A stretch of 64,000 nucleotides of DNA, taken from positions 66,402,001 through 66,466,000 of the forward strand of contig NC_079171.1 in assembly GCF_947568905.1 (NCBI RefSeq). The letters are read 5' to 3'. This document shows positions 39,366 through 52,803 of the stretch, piece after piece (within the stretch, counting starts at the first letter, position 1; every line of letters begins with the position of its first letter). Source of the DNA: Ostrea edulis (lineage: Eukaryota). Both the position numbers and the translations under genes were made by a program. The notes beneath the pieces are model-generated. The model was given only the letters and a program-made list of their open reading frames with translations. It did no database searches and had not been told where the DNA came from.

Positions 39366-42039
39366 CATAGATATATAAAAATACAAGTTAGTTTGATGAA
39401 GATTTGTTGCGTTCAATATATAGTCTGCATATACATACGTGCATTGGTGATAGTTGTCTAAAGTAATATTGCAAGTGAACCCTCTTTCAGTTTGAATTTT
39501 GAGACTTGTAATTTTTCAGATGATTTTACATTTTATCCATAACATCCCCATTCAAACACACATATAACAGTTTAAATATTTAAAAGCAGCTGCTAAAGTA
39601 TCTAGAAACCAGTGTGTATAAATCGTAGCTACATCAGACAAGGTAACGTAACTTTAGTGCGATCTTATCTTAATCAACACTTGAAGAGTTGTTGTTCTTT
39701 GAGTTATAGCGATTGTACATGTTTACATAGATTTGCCTCGAGTAAACATGATATGTTTTTTTTGAAGGGTACAGAATCAAATACATTATCAGATATATTT
39801 GTTTAGGATAGGACATCCAGAAAGACGACGCTGTATTTTAATTTCCTTATTTCATCCGCAAGCTGCGTTTATTATCATTTGTTTCAATCAATATATTAAG
39901 ACCGAAATTCAACAATTCATAATATTTTTCAATCGGAATAAAGTGTTTACAAATTTAAACCTTCCCATTTTAGGTAATCTCCCAGCCCATCATAGAGATT
40001 TATAACGAGTACATGGGCGTATCTATATATCTAAAATATGCAATCAATCCCTTAGACATTAACATAAATGCTTATTAGCATCAATTCAAAGTAATGTAAA
40101 TCGTTACATTAATTATCTAGGTGTATATATAACTAATTAAACGGATCATGCAGCGATTAATTCTAACACATCGAGTAACTATAGTGTGCTTCTTTTCAAT
40201 TAGCCATGTCTCCAATAGCACTACAGGGAATCCAAGTTGACGTACATACTCAAACGCACTTTATTCGGAAGTCATCACACTACACACTTGTTTATAAGTG
40301 TTTAAATAATCCATTCAGATTATTACACGTGGTTCCGGTTGTTCGTTCTTATTTTGATGAATGGGTATAAGTAGGATGTATTTTAGAGGAAAAACCTTCT
40401 ACAGCCACTTTCATTGTTGAATGGTTAGGGATATTGCGTTCTATTAGGGTGTTGTGATATTCATCACACTAATCCAACACTGATGTGTACTGTGGCTGAT
40501 TGACCGCCTTACGCTGTAAAATTTCACAATGTTAACATTGGTTCTTTGCTGTTTTTTTTTTAAATCTTATTAATAAAAATAAACGTTCTCAAATGAAGAT
40601 CGTGTGTCTGTCATAGAAATATTATGGTACTTAAGTTACAAATGACAGTGACTTTACCTGAATACTTATTGGTGGTAGAATGAATACCCATTTCTCACGT
40701 ACTTTTAAATGTCCAATCAGTCAAATTCACTATTGAACTACTTTTCAATCATCTTTCAGTAGTTATTCAGTCACAATTTAATTAGCAATAAATCAGTCTC
40801 ATTTCGGATATCATTCAGTAACAATTTTGTCACATTTGAGTGAATATCTAGTTACCTTTTAGACATCGATGAGTTTAATCTATGGAACATTCAGTTCTAT
40901 ATTCATGTTGTCATATCTTAACGACCAATTCGCTATATCTCTTGTTTGAATATATATTTAACAATTTCGATGACTTTATTTCCGTGCATATGATAATTCA
41001 GTACCCTGTCTTGTCAACATTTTACATTTTAGAAATAATTGTAGAGGTCTGTGCGACACCAAACAAATTTATATGTTGTTTTTTTAGTTTATGTAACCAT
41101 TTGTCACCCTGTGATTAACATTTCCTCGAGTATTACCATCAATCCATGTAATCGTATGTCGTCGTATGGAATCGCTTATACTTCCATTTTGATACAAACA
41201 GTGGATATAACGAAGTGTGATCAATACCGTATCTCCTATCAGAAATATAAAATATATATTAAGTCAACACCGGATATGCCAGAAGTGGGATCGAGTGCTT
41301 AAGACGGATACGCACCCCTTTTTGACAGTTCGCACCTGCCGTGAGTCCTGTATGCTTAATGAGTAAATGGATATACATTTTTATATAATTACTTCAATCT
41401 AGATTATGACGGTGTAACCGGGAATTTTTACTTCCCCTAGGTATCTGTTTTTATTCCTGATGTTTCCAGGGCATGCGACTGCTCTAACCTTAGTATTATA
41501 TTCCTAACGGAATGTGTGATATTAAGCATTTTTCGTTGTGGTAACCTTTTAGCCATTACATCACTATCAAATATATACACAGAAAAGTTTTTTTTAAAAA
41601 TAGATCAACAGCGTATTCATGCAAACTAGTTTGAGTAAATCGGAGCTACATCAGACAAGGAACATAACTGTAAAATCAGTGCGGTCTTATTCTCTGCAAA
41701 ACGTGAAGGGTTGTTGTTCTTTGAGCAGCTGAGGTTATCCATGTTTATGTTGGTTTACCTCGAGTAATGTATCTATGCTTGTTGTGAAGGGTAAGCATCA
41801 GACAAATTACTGGACATGTTATTTTAACCCAGAAAACGTAAACTGTATTCCCATTTCCTTAATCAATCTTATCTTATTCTCATATAATTTGTTTTAAGCA
41901 TTAAAATAATATCAAAATACTAAAGGTACGTAGCATATATTAATAGCAATTGAGTGTTCATAAATGTAACCCTTTCCTTCTTAGATAATTGCCCTGCTTA
42001 TAAAGTCTATATAGGTATAAAAAGCCCATGTGTATATCA

Positions 42040-42756
42040 ATATTTCTGACCTAAATGTTCATATCAAAGTCATACATTGTCTTGAATAATGTATACTCGT
42101 ATATATGATGCGAGTTTCATTAAAATACTTTTGTTTATAATTCATAATTATTTCTAAGAAAGGGATTTATCAACATGGATAATACTGATAATCTCAATTA
42201 GCCTAATAGACATACTAACTATTATGTTTCATGTACCTTCTACGTCGAGCATGTGCCCCTAAACAAAACTTGAATACCACTTTATATGCTTTGCTCTAAG
42301 AATTCTAGCAACGCTATTTGTCCAACTATCGCTCATGTTTTGTGAAATTGGTGGCAAAAGTCTAAGACTTTGACTCCATTAATATATATCTGTTTTCACA
42401 TCAAATTCCTTAATGGCTTCCTTGATGATTGAGGGTCCCTGGACACCGGCTGAGAGCCTCGATTTCGTTTCCAAATGACCTCGGCCTGAATAACGCGTAT
42501 TGTACCATGTCTACTATATTTGTAGATTTGTTAAACATCGAGAGTTAATATGAAGTCACAATACACTGTGGGTATAAATTGCGTTATATTTCCCGCATTC
42601 AATCAATAGGCGAACAAATATAATCTAAATTTGTGTAACAAGCTAGGGTACTTTGGTAGAGCTCGGTCCTCATAGGTTTGGCGCTTAGTATGTAATATGT
42701 GTACCCAATAATCAAATTGCAATACCCTTTCCTTCGCCTTCAAACACGGTCATCCC
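42040..42756 (+). repeat. ~720-bp direct repeat, copy 1 (copy 2 at 44140-44866)
   Basis: Collinear similarity from TTCTGACC.AAATGTTCATATCAAA to TTCAAACACGG.CA..CCTTAA. Confidence 0.9.
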
Positions 42757-44139
42757 TTAATATCTATGTTATTTTCACAGAACATTTTTTTCCGTTTGTA
42801 TTGTAAAACTTATACGGTACCAATATTGATGCACCAGATGCGCATTTCAACAAATAATGTCTATTCAGTGATGCCCATATTTCAAATAAATTCGATTCAA
42901 CATTCTCTGTGGGACCTTCAAATCGACAATTCAGTTGTGATTTACATTTTTGAAATTATTGCGTTAAATTCCCAGCAATATAATGCTGTCTGCTGAAATG
43001 TGTTTCAGGGTTTGACAGGAACTATATTTTGTGGTGGAAGGATTCACTAACCAAAAAGTTCTACTTCTGCATGATATTACAGTTTCTATTTCATCCAATG
43101 TATCGTCAATTTGTATACTCCTATACGTGCATTTCAGTTTTATAATTCATGATACAGGTAGTTGAGACTTAGAACTAGTTCAAATGTTATAATTTATTAA
43201 CTTGGTTGATATATGTCATCCAAACAGAACACCGATTCTTAAAAAAGCTATAATGAATTTACTCAAAATTTTGTATAAAAATTCAGTATTTTCGCCAATA
43301 ATTAAAAAAAATTGATCTCCAACACTAACGTTTTATAGTTGCATTTTTAATTGGAAGACCAGCCCTTGGGAATTATGTAAACTTTTAGAAATTGACATTA
43401 CTCCTAATATGTCCTTTTAAACTCTAAATTTTGATATCATGAAGTTGTTTGTATATCAAGTGCAAAAAGGTCATTATTTATTTCCTTTTCTAGTATTAAT
43501 TTCTTTTTTCATATGTAGTGTTAGAGGACATAGATATACATCTATTTTATGCAATACTTGATTTGTGTTGCACATGTGGTGTTGACACTAACAGAAAAAT
43601 CAAGTTTGATTGCATAAATTTTAAGTGCAGAAAGGTTATATTTAGAACATTATAGCTCAATAACAAGCGTTACAACCCCAGTTTTTCTTTTTAATTTCCC
43701 AATTTCCCTTCAATGTAGAAATCAAAAATACACTTCCCTAAAAATTGAAACTAACTCCAAATGTCAGGTGTGAACCTCTTTAATTCAACTTAAATTAGTT
43801 TAGAATTCAATCAGGTTTTAATACTAATTAATTCTTTTTACAGTTTGCTGTATCCGTTTATAAACTTCATGTATGTATATAAACTTTACTATAACAATAA
43901 GCAAATTCAACAAACCATGAAATAAAAATCATAATCACAACTTCAACATCAAACCATTTCAACATAGGGTGGATCATTTTTTTATCCTTGAGGGATATGT
44001 TTTGCATCTTATCAACATCATCTTTCCAACATCCTGGACTATATTTCAAATTCGATATTTTTCTCTTGGGGTCTGATTCCCACAAACATCATAACAGGAA
44101 AACGGTGAAAAAATCAGCTAGAGAATTAATACTATCGAC

Positions 44140-44866
44140 ATTTCTGACCCAAATGTTCATATCAAAATCATACAATTGTCATGAATCACGTTTACCTGTA
44201 TATATGACGCGATATTTTCATTCAAATACTTTTGTTTATAATTCAAAATGATTTTTAACAAACAGTTTTATTAGCATGAATGATATCGCTATTCTCAATT
44301 AGCGCAATACAGATAATACATTGTAACTGCTATGTTTTCATATACCTTCTACTCGAGTATGTATCCCTAAACAAAAGTTGCATAACTCTTTGTTTGCTTT
44401 GCTCTAGGAATTCTAACAACGCTATTTGCTCAACTATAGATCATGTTTTGTGAAATTAGTGGCAAAAGTCTAAGACTTTGACTCCATTGATTTATAGCTG
44501 CTTTCATATCCAATTTCTGATTGGTTTCTATGATGATTGAGCGTCCCTAGACACCGACTGAGAGCCTCGAATTCGTTTCAAAATGGCCGCGGCATGGATA
44601 CGAAGTATTGTACCATGTATCCTATGGTTGTAAATTTGCTGAACGTCGACGATGAATATGACGTCACGATACACTGTTTGGATCAATTGCGTTATATTTC
44701 CCGCCTTCAATGAATAGGCGGATCAAATATCTAAAGTCGCGTAACAAGCTAGGGTACTTTGGTGGATCTCTGTCCTCATACTTTAGGCGCTAAGTTTGGA
44801 ATATTTTTATTCTATAATGAAATTGCAATACCTTTTGCTTCGACTTCAAACACGGCCACGCCTTAA
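44140..44866 (+). repeat. ~720-bp direct repeat, copy 2
   Basis: Matches 42040-42756. Confidence 0.9.
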
Positions 44867-45030
44867 GACGTATTTCATATTTACAGAACTTTTTTATCGT
44901 TTGTATGAAATTTATTGTACAGAGGGGCATGACAATCGAGTCGTGCAACGACTCCACCGTCCTTCTGTACAATAAATTCCATACATACCCCCCCCAAAAA
45001 AAACCCACAGTAAATGCCCCCTCTGTACAG

Positions 45031-45211
45031 TGTAAGGTGAAGATAACGAACATTGATCAATCTCATAACTCCTATAAGCAATACAAAAGAGATAGTTGGG
45101 TAAACACGGACCCCTGGACACACCAGAGGTGGGATCATGTGACTAGGAGGAGTAAGCATCACCTGTTGACCGGTCACACCCGCCGTGAGCCCCATATCCT
45201 GATCAGGTAAA
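45031..45211 (-). mobile_element. Penelope-like 3' tail, longest solo copy
   Basis: Reverse complement of 24233-24418. Confidence 0.9.
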
Positions 45212-45931
45212 TTTCATACAAATCAAAAACAAAACAAAAAACCCACTGTAAATGTCTTTTGTCATGATGAATATTCATAACATAATTACAAAAATTGCAC
45301 GTAAAGTGACGTCATAAATCGGGGGTTGATAAAAGATTCGACATGGAGATCGGTGACGCTGACTCTTTAAAGTGTTAACATGAATTTGATGACGTTTAGT
45401 AATCTCAAATATGCACGGTATTAATGGATAGTGATGAAAATAAAAGTGGATGAGGGATTGAACACAATACGTACATGTATGTCGCAAACTTTAGCTACAT
45501 ATAACACGTGCTTTTTGCAATTGAGAGTCATTACTATTGTAGTATAGAGTATGTTGATGTGTGAGTGCCGGATTGATAGCCCCCCTCCCACCGTTCACCA
45601 CAAATATACACGACATTTCTACATGACATATATAGGTGTGATGACCAAGTTATCAATTTATTAAAGTCAAGTTCCAAATGTAGTTTCAAATAGGTGTGCT
45701 TATACTATGACAAAAATAGCAGTGTGCTGTACACTAAACCACGAGGAAAGAAAATAAGTTTAAGTTACATGTACAAAAATGAGATTCAAATAACATATGG
45801 ATAATCATGGAAATAATTGCACATATCATTACACAAAGTCAATATATACAACTGACTGACCTTGATCAATGTTTACTTATAAACTAAAGATTATCACCAC
45901 TCTATGTACCAATGTAATTAACATTTATATA

Positions 45932-46647
45932 TACGTTTACATTATGACTCCTGGATCGAGGTCTCTGCTGGTGGACTGTTAGTCCCCGAGGGTCTCTACA
46001 GCCCAGTAGCTTAATACTTGGTTACTAGCTTGAAAATAAGGATGTCTATTTAATTGCTGTTATAAAATTTAGAAATTAATTTCAAAATTAAGGAATATCT
46101 CCCTCGTGCATAGCTCTTATCCTTGGACGAATTTGGCTCCACTTTTTTGGCACGCTGTTTTTGGCTATATTTAGCTCCAAAACTTCAGAGTTAATTTGGA
46201 TTTCAAACATCTCGGTTGAGCATCACTGAAGAGACACTATTTGTCGAAATGCGCATATGGTGCATCAAAATTGGTACCGTATACGTTTTACATTATGACC
46301 CCAGGGTCGAGGCCTCTGCTGGTGGACTGTTTGTCCCCGAGGGTCTCTACAGCCCAGTAGCTTAGTACTTCATCACTAGCTTGAAAAAACGGATGTATAT
46401 TTAATTGCTGTTATAAAATTTAGAAATTCATTTCAAAATTAAGGAATATCTCCCTCGTGCATAGCTCTTATCCTTGGACGAATTTGGCTCCACTTTTTTG
46501 GCACGCTGATTTTAGCTATATTTAGCTCCAAAACTTCATAGTTATTTTGGATTTCAAACATTTCGGTTGAGCATCACTGAGGAGACATTATTTGTCGAAA
46601 TGCGCATCTGTTGCATCAACATTGGTACCGTATACGTTTTACATTAT
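45932..46647 (+). mobile_element. Head-to-tail dimer of the ~350-bp dispersed repeat
   Basis: Two ~350-bp units, with TACGTTT(T)ACATTAT at the start, junction and end. Fragments also lie at 27306-27592, 48305-48411 and, reversed, 42802-42876. Confidence 0.9.
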
Positions 46648-46770
46648 AGCACACGTGTGTCACATTATTGCAAATAATATAAACTTACCCCAAATAGGGC
46701 CAAATATGCAGACTATGCAAGCCTATTACTCTAGACAGTCAACAGATACAGGGCCACACACCTGCATATA

Positions 46771-47032
46771 TTGATTGATTGGATATTGTTTAACGTCCCT
46801 CTCGAGAATATTTAACTGATAACTTGAACTGCAGGTGAGGGGCAGCTACATTTCGGCGTATAGTCGGCGCCTATGGCCTTTGAGCAGGGAGGAATCTGTA
46901 TCATGCCACACCTGCTGTGACACGGGGCCTCGTTTTTTTTGGCGGTCTCATCCGAAGGACCGCCCCATCTAGTCGCCTTCTAGGACAAGCAAGATATACT
47001 GAGGACCTATTCTAACCCGGATCCTAACGGGA
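46771..47032 (-). mobile_element. Bivalve SINE (Meta/Deu-domain-like) with (CAAT)n tail
   Basis: The minus strand has a CTTGCTTGTC..AAGGCGACTA block, a CCTTCGGATGAGACC..CCCGTGTCACAGCAGGTGTGG block, a GGGACGTTAAACAAT end and a CAAT microsatellite. Domain names are from recall. Confidence 0.7.
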
Positions 47033-47114
47033 TCACTTGTATATAACCTAGCAAGAAATTGATTACCTGTGTAACCACACACTGTGCATTAAGCACATCT
47101 TTACACATCAGTCT

Positions 47115-47192
47115 GTGTTTACCCAGCTATCTATTTTGTATTGATTGTAGGAGTTATGAGATTGACCACTCTTCGTCATCTTCACCGTTCAT
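47115..47192 (+). mobile_element. Penelope-like 3' tail, short copy
   Basis: Matches 24340-24418. Confidence 0.8.
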
Positions 47193-47199
47193 AATAGGA

Positions 47200-47590
47200 A
47201 TTGATTTTCTAGTAGAACCTTGAAAGACGATGAAGCAACCATTACGTAATCTTTCTACTAAAAATAACATGAGTCTAACAATATCAGTCGCATGTGTCCA
47301 TAACATGTAAACATAACTTCTCTAGAACACTCTAGTTTAACTCAGTACAATTAGTACTATACACAACACCTCCCCCTTAAAATGTTTGAAAGATAATGCA
47401 AACTCAAATATGTAATGCATATCAATGAAAGCACATAAAAATACAACAAAACATACTCATGACACACTTGATAGAACATCTGCTACAACATTATCTCTGT
47501 CTTTGATATGTTTGATAGCAATACCATACTCTTGTAATAATATACTCCATCTTGTGAGTCTTTCATTCGAGTTGAACAATACAAGGAAAG
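47200..47590 (-). mobile_element. Gypsy-type LTR retrotransposon 3' fragment: RNase H end, PPT and start of LTR
   Basis: Minus strand NERLTRWSILLQEYGIAIKHIKDRDNVVADVLSSVS* (stop 47457-59), polypurine tract TTAAGGGGGAGG (47380-47369), then TGT at 47368. Confidence 0.75.
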
Positions 47591-47838
47591 ATACTTTCTT
47601 CTAATGTAAAAACATTTGAACAAACCTTATACGATAAGAATATAAAAAAATCAGCTCCATATGTAACAAAGGAGTACAATTCGTGCCTGTGGTAATTCCT
47701 ACATGCTGTTTGAAGATATGATCACGAAATACTACGAAGATATTGTCACTCAGGAACTATTCCAGCATGTTTTTATTAAAACGTCAGGGTACGTGTGCGT
47801 CGAATCAGAGTGGTGTTTATAAAAAGAAAAAAAATATT

Positions 47839-48146
47839 GGATTGATTGATTGATTGCATATTGTTTGACTTGAATTTCGATTTTTTTTAACCATATAGAG
47901 ACGTCAGCAACACCAGCGAAGGACTTCGAATTTAGGCCTATGTTCGCTTACAGCCATTGAGTAGTGAGGGTTTTTAGCATGCCACACCTACCGTAACACG
48001 GGACATCCATTTTAAATGTCATCTCCGAGGAGACATGTCATTCACTTTTGATTCCGAGGGTTTGACGATGGAACTGTCACTACCTGTTTTAACGACTTAG
48101 GTCTGTCGCAACCATGATGTAAACCCTGACCGTCCCCATGCGGAGC
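47839..48146 (-). mobile_element. Second bivalve SINE subfamily with (CAAT)n tail
   Basis: Shares its 3' half with 46771-47032. Its 5' half (AAGTCGTTAAAACAGGTAGTGAC) is shared instead with 39095-39365. Confidence 0.7.
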
Positions 48147-48529
48147 TGAATGATCATTAGATATGAATATTTCCTTTTTCGTAAACGTTTGACATTTTAG
48201 AATATATTGTAGATGTTTGTACGATATACCTACGGATTTTTTATGGTTTGTTTTTGATTTTTGTAGTAATTTGCCTCGTTTTCTTTTTAGCTCTTACAAG
48301 TTTATTGTTATTTCGAGTTTCAAACATTTCGGCTTGAGCATCACTGAAGAGACAGTATTTGTCTAAATGCGCATCTGGTGCATCAAAATTGGAACCGTAT
48401 AAGTTTTACATCAAACACATGCACAGAAAAATTGAAATATCTATGAAGAACTTAGTCCTGTAGATCTTAGCTATATCAGACAAGGTAACGTAACTTTACA
48501 ATCAATACGGTCTTATCTTCAGCAAAACG

Positions 48530-51500
48530 TGAAGAGTTGTTGTTCTTTGAACTACTGAGATCATCCATGTTTACATTGATTTACCTCGAGTAAACTATTT
48601 GTGCTTTTTGTGAAGGATAAGCATTGAATACACTACCGGCTATATTGTAGGATAAGAAACCCAGAAAAGTGAGACTGTATTATCATATCCTTACTCCACC
48701 CCTTATCTAATCTACATTTCTTTTAATTATTAAAGTAATACCAAAATGCATAACATTTATCCATAGTAATAGAGTGTTTGTAAATTCAAACCTTTTCCTT
48801 CTTTGACAGTCTTCATGTTTATCGTGTATTTAAAACACACATGTGCATATCGATGTATATGTAAAAAAAAAAAAATCAATTAATTTCCTAGATATTAACA
48901 TAAATGTTAAATAAAATCAATTCAAACATATGTGAATATGCGCATTAATCATTTATATAATCAATCAATGGGATTATATTGTAATTAATTTTAACACATC
49001 GAGTAACTTGATTTTGTTTTAGTTCAATTAGCCATATATTCTGAAGCAGTGATGGGAATTCACAACAACGCAGACACTTAAAACCACTTCATCCGGAAGT
49101 CATCACACTGCGTGTGTAGCTATAACTGAGTCTTCAGACAACTACACCTTATTCCGGTTGTTATTTCTTATTTGGACGAATGAACATACGTAGAACGCAT
49201 TCTAAAGCAATATACGTTTACAGCCAGTTTAAGTATAGCATGTTTAGTGATATTGATATTATATTGGCGTAGATTCAAATATATAAGTGTTGCCCAGCTC
49301 ATCATAATAAAGCAACACTCAACACATTCTTGACTGCTTGACCGCATCGTGTTCTGCAATTTTCACAGTGTGGACAGTACATTCTTTGGTTTTTAATAAG
49401 AGCAATAAACAACACAATATATTCGAATAAAGACCGAGTTGCTTTCATTAAAGTATGGCTATAGATAGTTGATATATGTACTTATTAAATTGGGGGAAGT
49501 TTAATTTCCCTTTGTTTTCATATTGCATATAACAATAACTTTACTTGAGTCATATATTGGTAAAATGACTACCCATGTCTACGCATTTTTTTATTTCACT
49601 CCATAATTGCAAGATATGGGTATCTCTGCACACAATATTTCATAAAAGAATGAAATATCATATAAAAGCACAAACAAATGATATAAAAGTCAAACACCAA
49701 TAAAGCTTTACATGATTTGATTTCTTCTTTCATTTATTTATTTCTATTGTTGTTGTTATTGTTACAATGAGTTTATGGGGAAAAAAGATATTGTTGTGTT
49801 AATGTTGAATAAAACACACGGTAAATTGTTTAAAGTTCTTATGTTCAACATTTAGATAACATATTTATAAAAAGGCTCTAGTGAAAGGTGTTTAGATGAC
49901 TAATGAGTAATCTTTTAATTAATTTTAAATATCCATTCAGCCCCGATTCATTTGCCATCGAAATGCCTTGCAATCACTGTAAAGTAACAATTCGGTCTAA
50001 TTTCAGACACCATTCAGTCGCCTTTCAATAATAATTTCACTGCATTTTAGTGAATATTCAGTTACCGTTTAGGCTTCAACCAGTTTCGTTTAATGGTAAT
50101 TCAGTTTCCGTTCTCTACTCATACTGTCACGCCTTAATAATAATTCTGTTACCTCTACTATTGCAATAAATATTCAACAACTTCAATGACTTCATTCCAT
50201 ATATAAGACCATTCGGTAGCTTATCTTAAAACGTTTTAAATTTTATAAATTATTACATTAATTTGTACTAGACCCCACCATTATTCATGGTTTTGGTGTT
50301 TAATACCCATGTCCATCTGCCTCCTTGTGACTAACATTTCATCGATCATTAAGAAAGCCCATATCGCCTAGAATTGCTTATATTACCATTTTGATAAGAA
50401 TGCTAAAAATGACGAACAATGATCAATCTCATAAATCATATTATGAATTCAAAATAGAAAGATAGACAAACCTGGATACACCCGAGGTGGGATGAATTGC
50501 TCAATCGGAATAAGCACCCCATGTTGACAGGTCATAACCGCTGTGAGTCATATGTGTTGTGATCAGGTAAATTAATATGCCCTTTTGTAAAGACTGACTT
50601 CAATTGGATTGTATTTCAGATTTTTTTTTATTATTTTTACTAATGTTCTATGTAATTGTCAACATACCTATTGCATCACAACCAAGAAAACCTCAATAGC
50701 CAACAAGTTCATACGATACATTTAACATGTATTCACCTTTTCATTTAATTAGCAAACTTCCTGTAAGTACTTTGGTAATCTCACTGTTTACAGCAGTTTG
50801 ATATGGTGTATGCCACTAAAACAATATAATGTTATAAATGTCAGGTCCACACAAACATGTCTAACCCTGGAACTCCACCGTTGTGGCCGACTAGCCGGGA
50901 ATACTTAAACCTCTTAGGTATCTATGTTCATCCCTGCTGTTTCCAGGAACTAGCGACTGCTCTATCCGCACTTTTATTTTCCTAATGGAATACGAGATAT
51001 TTCCTATTTCGTTATATTTACCTATCATTTAATACACTCCCTATCAAACACATTCACAGAAAAGTTTAAATATATACCTGTAAAATCAGTCTTTACCAGG
51101 AAACCAGTTTGTATGAAACGTCACTACACCGGACAAGATAAGGTAACTTTACAAAAAGTACGGTCTTGCTTTCAGCAAAACTTTAAGAGTTGTTGTTCTT
51201 TCAGTTATTGAGATTATACATGTTTACATTGACTGACTCAAGTAAAATATCGATGCTTTTATATTTATACCTTATTCAATAGCAGAATATTGCTTACTAA
51301 TTTAATCCATCCCCTCGTTAGATAGTCTTCTTGGTTATCATATATACTGATAAAAAGAAAATGTACACATCAATATATTTGAAATAATGCAACATGCTCC
51401 TTAAATATTAGCAAACATGTAAAAAGAAAAAAATATCAATTCAAAATAATTTGAATTTGCACATTAATAATCTGCTATTGGGATCCTACAGAGCTTAATT

Positions 51501-52390
51501 TCAGGCATCGAGTGACTTCATTATGTTTCCTTCCATTCATTCAGTTCTTCAGAAGGAGTTGTGAGAAATTCACAATGATCTAAATACTCCAAATCACTTT
51601 ACACGGAAGTGATCATACTACACGTACAGCTACAATGGGGGTACTATACTCATCAGATTACTACATCTAGTTCCGGTTGTTGTTTCTTATTTTCATGAAT
51701 GGGCATAAGTAGGATGTATTCTAGAGTAATATGCTTATACAGTCACTTTGCGTGCTGTATACTAAAGGATGTTAGTTTTCTAGAGCTGTAACGTTGGCCA
51801 TTATGATAAAACAACACTCATTATGTTTTTGACTGCTTGCCGCCTTATGCTGTACAATCTTCACAATTTGGATAATCATTTCTTTCGATTGAAATCAGAT
51901 TAGTAAAAAGGATGTGTATGTCATAAAAATATGATTGTAGTTAGCTGACATAGATGTTTATTGAATTCGAATGTTTAAGTTTCACGATGTCATATTTAAT
52001 AGAAAATGCTAACGCATATGTTCGTTTCATTTTAGGGAATTCTTCATTCTTATTGATATTTCAGGAGTTATAGTTCACGACATATATAGCGGTGTAAAGC
52101 ATTCTGGGTTTTACAAATGACTGTTCATTGTTTTCATATTGCAAATATCAGTGGCTTTACCGGAATACTTAACGATGGGGGAATGGTTACCTATTTATAC
52201 GTGTGTGTGGTTTTTTTTTTCTTGCTCTGTTTTCGCATTTTAATCCATAATCGTAAAGGGTGGGTGTCTTCGAACACACTGTTTTAAAACAGAATACAAT
52301 ATTATATTATATAATAACATATACAATTGATTTAAAAGTTAAAACCCTATATAACATTTCACTGTTTGCATTTATCTTTCACTTATTTTA
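48530..52390 (+). repeat. Segmental duplication, copy A (copy B at ~55290-58660)
   Basis: Long collinear similarity. Copy B lacks ~49040-49480. In addition, 54300-54900 matches 58770-59320. Confidence 0.9.
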
Positions 52391-52418
52391 GCAACCACCA
52401 CGCATTTTTTAAAAATTA

Positions 52419-52803
52419 CCCAAATCAATAAAAATCAGGTGTAATTACCAATTTTGAGTATGATGATTTCAAATCTGGATTCCTTTTACTCCAATTTCTT
52501 ATAGAAAATGAGATATAGTGTCTCAAACACCCCTACCGTCAGGTTGCCAAAAAAGGAGAATGTTTCATTTCACATCAAAATTTACCCAACTTTATTTCTT
52601 GAAACAACATTACCCAAAACAATAAAAAGCAGGTGTAATTACCAATTTTGAGTATGCTGAATCCAATTCTGGATTCCTTTTACTTCACTTCCTTACAGAA
52701 AATGAGGTATAGGGCCTTAAACACCCCTACCGTCAGGTTGTCAAAAATTGAAAATGTTCCATTTCACATTAAAAAGTGACCTGAAAGTTATTTCTTGAAA
52801 TAA
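52419..52803 (+). repeat. Two-unit ~194-bp tandem repeat
   Basis: CAGGTGTAATTACCAATTTTGAGTATG and AAACACCCCTACCGTCAGGTTG each occur twice, ~194 bp apart. Confidence 0.9.

Noticed and set aside
40240-40270. Conserved TGA TGA in the ~1-kb units read as Trp or Sec
   Set aside because: The surrounding frames contain TAA/TAG stops and frameshifts, and the codons simply overlap the conserved GGAAGTCATCAC block.
41440-41500. Minus-strand NKNRY peptide resembling the protein tyrosine phosphatase motif
   Set aside because: The DNA is a diverged Penelope-like tail, and the duplicate copy reads DENRY.
42450-44715. A shared plus-strand frame in the 720-bp repeat pair (…YCTM…LLNVDDEYDVTIHC…) as a possible hidden gene
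   Set aside because: Codon-by-codon comparison showed mostly non-synonymous changes and stops, so there is no sign of purifying selection.
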